This document shows positions 29,529 through 38,232 of a stretch of DNA of 64,000 nucleotides, in pieces. Source of the stretch: a virus. Every line of letters starts with the position of its first letter. Positions within the stretch are counted from its first letter, which is position 1. The DNA is taken from the IMG/VR virus record IMGVR_UViG_3300025597_000012. One strand, written 5' to 3'. Below the pieces are notes generated by a model, which ran no database searches, was not told the origin of the DNA, and worked only from the letters and a program-made list of their open reading frames with translations. Both the position numbers and the translations under genes were made by a program.

Positions 29529-29696
29529 TTAGTTAGACAAATCTTTAATATAACGTCTCTTTACATTTACAAGAGAGCGTTTAACTTGACGAGCAGTTCT
29601 TTCAGAAACACCGAAGTTTTCAGAAAGCCATGAATCGCCTTTTTTCAGATAAGAAGGTTTTGTCTTAAGAATGTTTGTAAAATTTGTGATTGTCAT
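29529..29696 (-). CDS. Small basic DNA-binding-like protein (55 aa; start trimmed to MTITNF)
   Basis: The track ORF starts at 29717, but a -7 box (TACATTTG, 29715-29722) overlaps that start. The next ATG is at 29696. Confidence 0.35.
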   Translation of the reverse strand: MTITNFTNILKTKPSYLKKGDSWLSENFGVSERTARQVKRSLVNVKRRYIKDLSN

Positions 29697-29714
29697 ATTG
29701 ATTAATTTATACAG

Positions 29715-29746
29715 CAAATGTACGACCTTTTCGCCATATAAAAAAA
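29715..29746 (-). promoter_or_regulatory. Bacteroidota-type promoter (weak -33)
   Basis: Minus strand reads TTTT-N20-TACATTTG. Confidence 0.35.
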
Positions 29747-29777
29747 TTTATTAAGTTAAAAGACTGTTAAAGGAAAG

Positions 29778-29802
29778 AAAAAAAAAGGGCGTAGAAACGC
29801 CC
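29778..29802 (-). terminator. Intrinsic terminator after the collagen-like gene
   Basis: GGGCG-tttcta-CGCCC followed by T9 on the minus strand. Confidence 0.65.
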
Positions 29803-29846
29803 GGTAGAAGGAAAACCAATATAACCTTTCTACTATCTTTAATTAC

Positions 29847-30782
29847 TTATACTAGAGTTCCTATGTAATAAGTAAATGTAAACCAATATGTTTCAGCTAC
29901 ACCTGTACCTATTCCTACAGCATAAAATTCAGCTAAATCATCAGCGGCTCTTGCTCGTATAGCAAAGCCTGCTCCTGAGTTACTACCATTACTACAAGCA
30001 GTTCCACCACAGTTTTCTTCTGCTGTAAAATTGGCAGCAATAGGTAAGCTAATTGTCATTTTTGTAACAGTTCCTGCATTTGTAAATACTAATCTAAATC
30101 TACCACTAACAGTAACTACATTACCAACTCTTAAATACTGACATTGGTATGCTGTTGTACTAGTTACGTTACCATCACCAGCTAATGTAGGTGTATATGT
30201 TCCAGCATCTAATGAAAATGAAGGGGATGTTCCAGAGGTACCTGCTGTACCAGAAGTACCGTGTGTTCCAGATGTACCAGAAGTTCCAGCGGCACCATTA
30301 ACTCCTGAAGTTCCGTTTGCTCCAGATGTGCCAGAAGTTCCAGCAGCACCGTTCACTCCTGAAGTTCCAGCAGCACCGTTCACTCCTGAAGTTCCAGCAG
30401 CACCATTTACACCAGATGTTCCATTAACTCCTGATGTTCCTGATGTTCCATTTGAACCAGCAACACCTGCAGCAGAAGTACCTGATGTACCATTTATGCC
30501 CGATGTACCATTACGTCCAGAAGTACCTGATGTACCACTAAAATTATCACCTATTAAGTCATCAATTTTTTCAAGAATTTGCTCAACAGTTGATAAATTA
30601 GGCATTGCAATATTGTTCAGTTTTGTTGGTTTATCATCTTTAGAATGATAAATAACACACTGAGAATCAATTTGCTCTATACATATATTCTGTTCGGTAC
30701 ATTGTTCACAATAGGGAACTTGTGGTTCAGAAATAGTAACTACGCTGCCTCCGGGTAATTCATTGCAATTTAAACAGCTCAT
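29847..30782 (-). CDS. Collagen-like repeat fibre protein with Cys-rich N-domain and globular C-domain
   Basis: GTSGTSGRNGTSGINGTSG...GAAGTSGVNG repeats. The N-terminal block QCVIYHSKD...ILEKIDD is paralogous to the protein at 30793..31254. Confidence 0.7.
   Translation of the reverse strand: MSCLNCNELPGGSVVTISEPQVPYCEQCTEQNICIEQIDSQCVIYHSKDDKPTKLNNIAMPNLSTVEQILEKIDDLIGDNFSGTSGTSGRNGTSGINGTSGTSAAGVAGSNGTSGTSGVNGTSGVNGAAGTSGVNGAAGTSGVNGAAGTSGTSGANGTSGVNGAAGTSGTSGTHGTSGTAGTSGTSPSFSLDAGTYTPTLAGDGNVTSTTAYQCQYLRVGNVVTVSGRFRLVFTNAGTVTKMTISLPIAANFTAEENCGGTACSNGSNSGAGFAIRARAADDLAEFYAVGIGTGVAETYWFTFTYYIGTLV
30232..30540 (-). repeat. G-X-Y triplet coding repeat
   Basis: The shadow ORF 30328..30648+ (PEVPAAPFTPEVP...) is its antisense reading. 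Confidence 0.75.
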
Positions 30783-30792
30783 TTATTATAGT

Positions 30793-31254
30793 TTAGGCGG
30801 GAGTTATCGTAATTTTATAAATTACGTTATTTAAATTTATATGAAGTTCTGATAAGTCGGTTCTAAACCAGTATTGTCCGGGTTTAGAATCACTAAGTGT
30901 ACCATCAATATTTCCTAAATAAAAGGAGTTTTTAATATTACATAGTTCTGTGTCAACTGCTTGTATGAATTGTTGTAGGGTATTTACAACATAGTTTTGT
31001 CTTAAACAAGGCAAATCAAAATCAATTACATTAAGTTGTTTTATTTTTTCATCTATACTTTCTATTACAAGTTCTAGTGTTGCACCATTTGATAAATTTA
31101 ATCCATCAAGTTCAGATACAGCACTATTGCTTTTGTGATAAATCACGCAATCAAAGTCAAGTTGTACGGGACATCCACAATTTGTATTGTAGCTATAGTT
31201 TCCACAACTACATGAATTACATGAATTTCCGCATCTGTTACAATAACAAGACAT
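30793..31254 (-). CDS. Cys-rich fibre-associated protein (paralogue of the fibre N-domain)
   Basis: MSCYCNRCGNSCNSCSCG..., then DCVIYHKSN...VIESIDEKI, shared with the N-terminus of 29847..30782. Confidence 0.5.
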   Translation of the reverse strand: MSCYCNRCGNSCNSCSCGNYSYNTNCGCPVQLDFDCVIYHKSNSAVSELDGLNLSNGATLELVIESIDEKIKQLNVIDFDLPCLRQNYVVNTLQQFIQAVDTELCNIKNSFYLGNIDGTLSDSKPGQYWFRTDLSELHINLNNVIYKITITPA

Positions 31255-31271
31255 TATATATTATTTTAAAA

Positions 31272-32369
31272 TTAAGAATAACAAGGGCCATTATTTGATA
31301 CTACTATATAACTTCCAAGAGGAACTATTCTTGAACATACAGTGTATTGTTGATATTCAGCTACAAATATGGATAAAGGTGCGCTTGTAGTGCAATCTTC
31401 CCATTCTAAAGTAGTTCCACCAGCGTTTGCTTGTATAGTATATGAGTTACAAGTACTAGATGAAACACAAGCATTACAATTAAGAAGAACACTCCAGTTT
31501 CCACTACCAATAGCAAAACCTGTAAAGGTATATACTCCTGCACCGCTATAATCTTGGCATTGTGATACACCGTTGCTATCAGTAACTGTTATAGAGCCTG
31601 CTATACCATCAGCAAATACAAGTAATGTACCTACAGAAGGAGTATTAGCAGTTGTTATAAATGTATTTCCAGAAGTTACTGGGAATGAACCACTTGATGC
31701 TGTAACAGATAATCCATTAAATTTAACATCTGTAATTCTACCAGTTGTTACACAATTTGAATTAGATATAGTACCTACACCACCAGCTACTCCAGAAGTA
31801 CCTGTTGTTCCAGATGTTCCTGAAGAACCTGATGTTCCGTTTGCTCCAGATGTTCCACTATTTCCAGAAGTACCAGAAGTACAATTACATCCAGAAGTAC
31901 CAGATGTTCCACCTCCACCACCATTTTCAATTAAATCACAAATAGCGTCTCTAAAAATAGATAAAATACTTAATAAAGAATAAGTATTTGTTCCTTGAAG
32001 ACAAGGTACTCCTTGAGGAGTAAGACATTTTAAATCTAAAGTTATAAGAGAAGAACCTATATTTAAATCACCAAGGGCTGTTTCTAAATAAGAAAGTCTT
32101 GTTCTTAAATCACAAATTTTATCTATTTCTTCTTGATGTAATTCTTTAATAGTTCCTGTAGCAGGAGTAAAATTAAAGCATTTTGCATCAATATCTGTTA
32201 AATTAGTTCCATCAAATAATTCTTGTAATTTATCATTTGTTAAATTCAATACGTCATCTAACATTGCATCACAATCAAGTGAATCTGCATTTATAAAAGA
32301 TGGTACTACTCCTGTAAAGAGTACGCAACCACTTGGAAAAATATTACCGCAAAATGTTTTGTTACCCAT
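31272..32369 (-). CDS. Collagen-like repeat fibre protein
   Basis: A central GGGGGTSGTSGCNCTSGTSGNSGTSGANGTSGSSGTSGTTGTSG block lies between Cys-containing N- and C-terminal domains. Confidence 0.65.
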   Translation of the reverse strand: MGNKTFCGNIFPSGCVLFTGVVPSFINADSLDCDAMLDDVLNLTNDKLQELFDGTNLTDIDAKCFNFTPATGTIKELHQEEIDKICDLRTRLSYLETALGDLNIGSSLITLDLKCLTPQGVPCLQGTNTYSLLSILSIFRDAICDLIENGGGGGTSGTSGCNCTSGTSGNSGTSGANGTSGSSGTSGTTGTSGVAGGVGTISNSNCVTTGRITDVKFNGLSVTASSGSFPVTSGNTFITTANTPSVGTLLVFADGIAGSITVTDSNGVSQCQDYSGAGVYTFTGFAIGSGNWSVLLNCNACVSSSTCNSYTIQANAGGTTLEWEDCTTSAPLSIFVAEYQQYTVCSRIVPLGSYIVVSNNGPCYS

Positions 32370-32381
32370 TATAAATTTTAT

Positions 32382-32675
32382 TTAACACTTTCCTAAGTTA
32401 ATTAGAGAAAGAATAATTCCATTAATTTCGTCAAGTTGTTTTTTAAAAGGACAAGCATCACCTGTATTTATTGCAGAATCAACTGTTCCTATTGCAAAAT
32501 TTATTTTATATTTTTGTATGTTTAATTGGTCAAATAAATTATTAGTTCTTATACATTCTAATTTAGCTTTCCAAATATACATCAATTCTATAGTATAATC
32601 GCAAGTACTTATAGCTGATTGATTTGTATTAGATACAGGTGCTGATACACTAAATGCTGAAGCACAACCACACAT
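32382..32675 (-). CDS. Small Cys-containing hypothetical protein
   Basis: ORF in the fibre cluster. Confidence 0.35.
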   Translation of the reverse strand: MCGCASAFSVSAPVSNTNQSAISTCDYTIELMYIWKAKLECIRTNNLFDQLNIQKYKINFAIGTVDSAINTGDACPFKKQLDEINGIILSLINLGKC

Positions 32676-32676
32676 A

Positions 32677-33228
32677 TTAGCAAGTTTGCGTTAATTTATT
32701 TAATGTTTTATTTACTAATGAACTTGCTTTTTGGTAAAGTGTTGATGCTTTTTTAACATTTCCTAAAGCCGCATTACTTTTACCAGATTCAATAGCCAAA
32801 ATAATATCAATTATATTATTTTTAAGTTTTATATCTCTTTCAATATCACAGTCAGATAAATCTAAATATTCATATATTTTTGCAAGTCTATTTTCTAAAT
32901 CTACTGTTCTTAAGTGATATTTTTGAATATATACTTCTTCATACGGACATACTTTAAATTTTAATTTCCAAACACCATCTGGTAAATCAGCTAAATCAAA
33001 AGTATTTAATGTTTCTGTTAAACCTATGGTATTAGAATTAAATGTATTTATTTTTCTTGCTGATACATTTAATAAAAAATATTTTGTATATCCCGGAAGT
33101 GTAACTTCTAAAAGAGGACTTTCAGGTTCTTTATAATACTGAGAAGAATCTAAAAATACTAATGTTCTAGGATTCTTTGTTTCAAGTATTTCAAAATCAA
33201 GTAAATGATGTTTTACTCCTAAACTCAT
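32677..33228 (-). CDS. Hypothetical protein (183 aa)
   Basis: ORF packed between the lysis and fibre genes. Confidence 0.4.
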   Translation of the reverse strand: MSLGVKHHLLDFEILETKNPRTLVFLDSSQYYKEPESPLLEVTLPGYTKYFLLNVSARKINTFNSNTIGLTETLNTFDLADLPDGVWKLKFKVCPYEEVYIQKYHLRTVDLENRLAKIYEYLDLSDCDIERDIKLKNNIIDIILAIESGKSNAALGNVKKASTLYQKASSLVNKTLNKLTQTC

Positions 33229-33229
33229 G

Positions 33230-33739
33230 TTATAAATTTAAATAGTGTGTACCGGGAATAAAATCTTTATTTTTATATTTGTTTAAAAGAGTACTAATAG
33301 AATAACCAAAAGATTTTTCAAAGTGAGGATAATCCTTCCATGATGCTCCCCAAGTCCAGCCATATTTGAGAAATATTTTAACTACTTCCATCCAGTCAAT
33401 AGTATTGTCTTTGTCTATGTCTGTATTTCTATCCCAAATAATTTCATCTCCAGAAATATGACCATCATTATTTTTATCACTTATAAGACAAAAATCTATA
33501 GCTAGTCCGTAATTATGATAAGATTTTCCACCGGGCGCATCTGTTACTTTAGGGCCTGGTTTAGTTCTACCTTGAGCATATAGAGCATCTTGTTCTTCAA
33601 AAGTTCTAAATACCTGAACAAAACGACAACCTAGATTTCCTCCTAAAACTGAACAAATTTCATCATATATCTTTAAAAGTTCATCTTTAAGTTTAGGATG
33701 AATATATTGTATTCTGTCTATTGTTACTTTATCTTTCAT
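33230..33739 (-). CDS. Endolysin, peptidase M15 (VanY/L-Ala-D-Glu peptidase-like)
   Basis: QGRTKPGPKVTDAPGGKSYHNYGLAIDF...WGASWKDYPHFE carries the SxHxxGxAxD and D..H zinc-ligand motifs. Confidence 0.75.
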   Translation of the reverse strand: MKDKVTIDRIQYIHPKLKDELLKIYDEICSVLGGNLGCRFVQVFRTFEEQDALYAQGRTKPGPKVTDAPGGKSYHNYGLAIDFCLISDKNNDGHISGDEIIWDRNTDIDKDNTIDWMEVVKIFLKYGWTWGASWKDYPHFEKSFGYSISTLLNKYKNKDFIPGTHYLNL

Positions 33740-34014
33740 TAATCTACAATTTTTTCGTCACTATTAGTTGTTTCACAATGATTCTCATTAAAGTTTTCAG
33801 TTTCTTTAACTATTTGAGACTTAAGAAATTGTCTTATAAAACCTTCAATAGCTCCGGGAGCAAGCAATAGAATACTACCAGTGATAAGTCCAGCAACACC
33901 CTGCCAAACAAAGTCTATATCCTTTGTCCAGATGAGTACTAATGTTATTACCATTGTAATAGTACCTACTATACTTGTAATCCATCCTTTTACTATATTT
34001 GTTTGTACTGACAT
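33739..34014 (-). CDS. Holin candidate (2 TM)
   Basis: 91 aa with two hydrophobic helices and a charged C-terminus, immediately upstream of the endolysin. Confidence 0.45.
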   Translation of the reverse strand: MSVQTNIVKGWITSIVGTITMVITLVLIWTKDIDFVWQGVAGLITGSILLLAPGAIEGFIRQFLKSQIVKETENFNENHCETTNSDEKIVD

Positions 34015-34322
34015 TATTTTATAACAAATTTGAGAATAATCTCCAGACCAGCTATAAGAACTCCAACAAATATCATATTTCTTTGTTGTCTTTTTTCTGA
34101 TTCATCCTGAAGTTTTTTATTAATAGCCATTTCTGTTTCCAGTTGTACTATTCTTTTTGCCTGCTCTGCTAATTCTTTTTGTGTTGTATTGTTTTTTCTA
34201 TAATCATCGAACTCCGTTCTCAAATTATGTAATTCTCTATAAACAAGCTTTAACAATTCCTTTTCAGTGTATTCTGAAGGGTTAAAAATATCTTCCATAG
34301 CCATTTCTAAAACTTTATCCAT
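34014..34322 (-). CDS. Tail-anchored coiled-coil membrane protein (lysis accessory?)
   Basis: Coiled-coil N-terminal part and a single C-terminal TM segment (MIFVGVLIAGLEIILKFVI). Confidence 0.3.
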   Translation of the reverse strand: MDKVLEMAMEDIFNPSEYTEKELLKLVYRELHNLRTEFDDYRKNNTTQKELAEQAKRIVQLETEMAINKKLQDESEKRQQRNMIFVGVLIAGLEIILKFVIK

Positions 34323-34332
34323 TTTTTAAATT

Positions 34333-34638
34333 TTAGGCACAATATACACACTTATTTACAAATATTTCAAGAACAGTTTTAGCTCTGTTTAAAGAAGCTC
34401 TATTAGCAGCGGTATTAGGCATACCATTAATATACATTTTTACTGCTCTAGTCAATGTATTATCTCTAAATGTATGAATATCTACAGGGCCAGTTCCTTC
34501 ACAACATGAAGGATTAAGCTTCTCAGAAATTAATGTGATTGCTTTTTGTATATAAACAAGTGCTACTTTACGTCTAGCAAATTGTCTAACATAAGAATTT
34601 ATAAATACCTCCAGAGGAGATTTTTTTAATACTGCCAT
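34333..34638 (-). CDS. Hypothetical protein (101 aa)
   Basis: ORF. Confidence 0.35.
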   Translation of the reverse strand: MAVLKKSPLEVFINSYVRQFARRKVALVYIQKAITLISEKLNPSCCEGTGPVDIHTFRDNTLTRAVKMYINGMPNTAANRASLNRAKTVLEIFVNKCVYCA

Positions 34639-34651
34639 TTTTGTATTTATT

Positions 34652-34692
34652 AAAAAAGGTGGGTAGGATTCTTGTTAAACCCAAACCCACCT
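34652..34692 (-). terminator. Intrinsic terminator after the 630-aa structural gene
   Basis: AGGTGGGT...ACCCACCT stem followed by TTTTTT on the minus strand. Confidence 0.6.
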
Positions 34693-34714
34693 TTGTGTTA
34701 GAAAATTATTACTA

Positions 34715-36607
34715 TTAGAGAACTACAGGTTCTATATTGATATTAGCACTTGAGATGTATCCGTTAACTGCGGCCTCAAAGTTTTTACCTTGACCAGCAG
34801 GGAAGAATACATGAAGATGATAACTATCAGTATATTGCTCTGACCATCCACCTACTTTATAAGAGAAGTCAAATTCAAGCACATACTCATCGTAGTATTT
34901 GTTCGGGTCAGCTTGGAAGCTATATCCTTCAACTTCTCTGATTACAGGGTCAAAAGAACGCTCTTTTAAAGCATAGCTCTTAGACTCTTTTTCAAGTTTT
35001 CTCACATTAGCTCCAAATCCAGCAGGATGTTGGTAAGCTTGGAGTTTCTTAACAGCCCATGCATCTTCTGTAGGAGCTGCGTTGTAATCAGGATTAAAGT
35101 TAGATACCTGAATATGAATTGTTTCTGCTTCGTAAGGGAAGTAATCAAAAGTACATTCACCTGTTACACGATTTACAAAAGCAACTTCAAGTTTAATACC
35201 ACAAAGACAAGTACCTTCGTCTGCAAGTGTAGTATCTGCTTTCCATTCAACTCCTTCAAATGCTTGAGGAATAGTCCATACTAAATCATCCTTAGAACAT
35301 CCTGCTTTTACTGCATTAGAGTAAACGGTTGTGCTATATGTGTGAACACATGAACCACTAGCATTTACAACAGCTACTGTAAGGTTAGGATAAGCTGCTT
35401 GAATATCAGTAAGACGATTTGTTCCACAAACGCTATCAGCGATTGTAAGTTTAAAAGTTTTACCGTATTTAGTTACAGTACCTGCTCCAAGCCATGCTGT
35501 AGTTGTCGGAGAAGTAAGAACACAAGAGTTTCTAGCTTTACCAAGGAATACAACAGTGTCTGTACCAGAAGCGGTAAGAGCAGTTGTAGAAACTACAACA
35601 TAAGTGGAAGTACCAAACTCATAACTTACTCTTGAAGCAACTTCATCACCAGTAAGACTATAATCAGATTTGAATGTAGTTAATGCACCAGCACTACCAG
35701 CATCAAGTCTTGAAATTTTGTAAGCAAATCCACCAGTTACTAAACTGTAACCAGAAGGACAAGTATCACAATCAGGAACGATTGCAATAGCACTGTTTGA
35801 GAAAGAAGTAGGAGTAGAGTTTGTATCTTTAACTACTTGATATACAGATAGATTTCCTTCAATACCTACTCTTTTTACTACATCATTAGGATATTGTGCT
35901 TGAACAATTCCAAGAGCAATATCATCTTTGGTATCACAAATTCTAAGCTCAAATACATAGTCTGTATCAGTTGTTCCTGCTACGGGAGCAGTACATTGGC
36001 TGATAACACTAGCTTTGATAAGAGGTTGTTTACCATAAGGTTGAGTACCGATAAGCGGGTCAGAGTTGATTTGTTTTACCAAATCAGCAGCTATTAGGCG
36101 GCAATCAACACTAGCACAAGGGTCATCACAATCAGGTGATGTACTACGAACAACTGTAGAGAATTGACGAGTAATACCTTGTCTTGAGAAAAGTTTGTCA
36201 ATAGGGCCACCAGTTAACTTGATATACAAGTTTTTGATTTCACCCGGTTTAGCAAATAAAGTGTTTGTATCAGTTACATCACCAGTGTTACCTACAGCCC
36301 ATACTTCTGTTTGACCAGTTTTTGCTGCTTTACCTCTAAAGTTTTTAAGAAGTTTCCCTTTAATGAGTTTTGAATACTCATTTTCATTAGGAACTCCTGA
36401 CATTAAAGATTTGTTAGGAACATCGGGTGTACCCCATACTAACTGAAATGCTTTTGTTGTCGCATAAGTGGGAGAAGTCAATCCTTTGTGGGTCTTGGCA
36501 TCTACAAAGCCAACTTGACCTACAGCGATGCTCTCAACGGTTGCGCCTTGTGCGAGTAAGGCAGGGTTGTTTGTAACGAACACCTGTCTGAACGATTCGT
36601 GAGCCAT
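34715..36607 (-). CDS. Abundant-looking beta-rich virion protein (630 aa; role unassigned)
   Basis: S/T/G/A/V-rich ORF with its own strong terminator, located three genes downstream of the MCP. It could be a sheath, a major tail protein or a capsid accessory protein. I cannot tell which. Confidence 0.4.
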   Translation of the reverse strand: MAHESFRQVFVTNNPALLAQGATVESIAVGQVGFVDAKTHKGLTSPTYATTKAFQLVWGTPDVPNKSLMSGVPNENEYSKLIKGKLLKNFRGKAAKTGQTEVWAVGNTGDVTDTNTLFAKPGEIKNLYIKLTGGPIDKLFSRQGITRQFSTVVRSTSPDCDDPCASVDCRLIAADLVKQINSDPLIGTQPYGKQPLIKASVISQCTAPVAGTTDTDYVFELRICDTKDDIALGIVQAQYPNDVVKRVGIEGNLSVYQVVKDTNSTPTSFSNSAIAIVPDCDTCPSGYSLVTGGFAYKISRLDAGSAGALTTFKSDYSLTGDEVASRVSYEFGTSTYVVVSTTALTASGTDTVVFLGKARNSCVLTSPTTTAWLGAGTVTKYGKTFKLTIADSVCGTNRLTDIQAAYPNLTVAVVNASGSCVHTYSTTVYSNAVKAGCSKDDLVWTIPQAFEGVEWKADTTLADEGTCLCGIKLEVAFVNRVTGECTFDYFPYEAETIHIQVSNFNPDYNAAPTEDAWAVKKLQAYQHPAGFGANVRKLEKESKSYALKERSFDPVIREVEGYSFQADPNKYYDEYVLEFDFSYKVGGWSEQYTDSYHLHVFFPAGQGKNFEAAVNGYISSANINIEPVVL

Positions 36608-36629
36608 TTTTGTTTAATTTTTGTTTAAG

Positions 36630-37298
36630 TTATTCTTCTGTTAAAATTCTATCTTTTGAAATCTGAAATCCTTCAGCGTTCTCAGATATACCCTGAAATT
36701 CTAAAACACATCTGCTAATTATTTCATTAACAGCTATATCTGGTAAATCAGGATTTATATTCGTTGAATGACTACCATCTATTTTTATGTAGCCTTCAAT
36801 GTCTATACTAATTGGTTCTCTGTAATAAGTTAAATATGTTTCTTTAATTTTAAAGTCATTAAAATAGACTTTTAACTTATTATTTACTGCTGTACAAAGA
36901 CTTTCTTCATAATCAAAAGAGGGTTTAAAATTAGCATCTCTTAAAAGATTTCTGATATTTTTGTCTTTTGTAGGCCAGTTATCAAGTGTTCTAGTACAAT
37001 TACCTCTTGTAGCTATTGAAATACAACTTGATATATCAAAGAAGTCATCAGGGAGTGTGAAATCAAAATGGTCTAAATGCTTGCCCTGAGATTTTAACGA
37101 TAAGTCGTCAACAAGCAAATAGTTTAATTCGTCTAGCTCATTGGTTCCTAGTTTTCTTTTTAATTTCTGTTTAAGCCAGCGTTTAGCTTGCTCATTGTAA
37201 GAAATAACAAATTTACCTTTTGGAACATTTATATTAGAGTTAGAGTCGTTTCTATTCAGTTTAAGAAGAAAGCTGTTATATGCTTCCAGAGAGGTCAT
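36630..37298 (-). CDS. Hypothetical head/tail-joining module protein (222 aa)
   Basis: ORF coupled to its neighbour. Confidence 0.35.
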   Translation of the reverse strand: MTSLEAYNSFLLKLNRNDSNSNINVPKGKFVISYNEQAKRWLKQKLKRKLGTNELDELNYLLVDDLSLKSQGKHLDHFDFTLPDDFFDISSCISIATRGNCTRTLDNWPTKDKNIRNLLRDANFKPSFDYEESLCTAVNNKLKVYFNDFKIKETYLTYYREPISIDIEGYIKIDGSHSTNINPDLPDIAVNEIISRCVLEFQGISENAEGFQISKDRILTEE

Positions 37299-38173
37299 TA
37301 TTCTAATTCTTCTTTAAGTGATAAAAATTCTGTAGCAAATTCAGGTTTCTTGAGATTTTCGTAAACCTCTAAAGGATTTGTACCTAAAGTAACCTGTCCT
37401 CTCTGATAGTAACCTTTGTTAAGTCTGATAATTTTCTTCTTAATAGCACGGTCAACAATAATTTTGAACTGAAGTTCTTCATTTGAGAGACCTACTGCTT
37501 TTACAAAGCGTTTGATATTATCAGGTTCAAGTACTGAAGAAATATAATCAGAGAGCATTTTGTATAAAGTCATTTGCTTCATACCAGCTTTATACTTATC
37601 TCCTTCGAGATACTGTCCTACGATAACCATACGATTTTCGTCTTCTGACAGTTTAAGAAGTTCAGAACGAGCTTTATCTCTGCTCATCTGAGTAGAAACT
37701 TCTTCATCATTTACTTTATCCTCTACAAAACAGTAATACTTTGTAGCCCTATATTCAGGCAATCCAGCTTTATTTTTATCAGGGATTGCATAGTGATTAG
37801 ATACTAAAACATGGTATCTTATTACATCTATAGGATTTGCACGATTAAGAACTAGGTCAGAATCACTAGAAAGTCTTACACCAAATGTTTCCCAAAAAGG
37901 ACTTGTTGCACTAAGGTCTTTACCTGTTAGTTTTTCAAGACTTTCACGAAGAGCTTTAGTTTCTTTTGCTACTTTTTCTCTTTCAAAGTCATCTTTAATT
38001 CTTTGAATTTGAAAACTGTCTTCGTCTATTCCTGTAACTGCCCTTCCACCTTCTATAGCAGGCTGGAGAAAATCTCCAGTTGACGGCATTTTACTTCTGT
38101 TGTACTTATTTAACCCTGTTAATGATGCTACATCATCAGGGATTTGTTTGATAGTTACTTTATCGTATATCAT
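37298..38173 (-). CDS. Hypothetical structural-module protein (291 aa)
   Basis: ORF downstream of the MCP. Confidence 0.4.
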   Translation of the reverse strand: MIYDKVTIKQIPDDVASLTGLNKYNRSKMPSTGDFLQPAIEGGRAVTGIDEDSFQIQRIKDDFEREKVAKETKALRESLEKLTGKDLSATSPFWETFGVRLSSDSDLVLNRANPIDVIRYHVLVSNHYAIPDKNKAGLPEYRATKYYCFVEDKVNDEEVSTQMSRDKARSELLKLSEDENRMVIVGQYLEGDKYKAGMKQMTLYKMLSDYISSVLEPDNIKRFVKAVGLSNEELQFKIIVDRAIKKKIIRLNKGYYQRGQVTLGTNPLEVYENLKKPEFATEFLSLKEELE

Positions 38174-38232
38174 ATTACTGGTTTTTTAAAAGAAATTTGC
38201 GCTTTTTGCGTTATCGCCCAACGACTTATATA

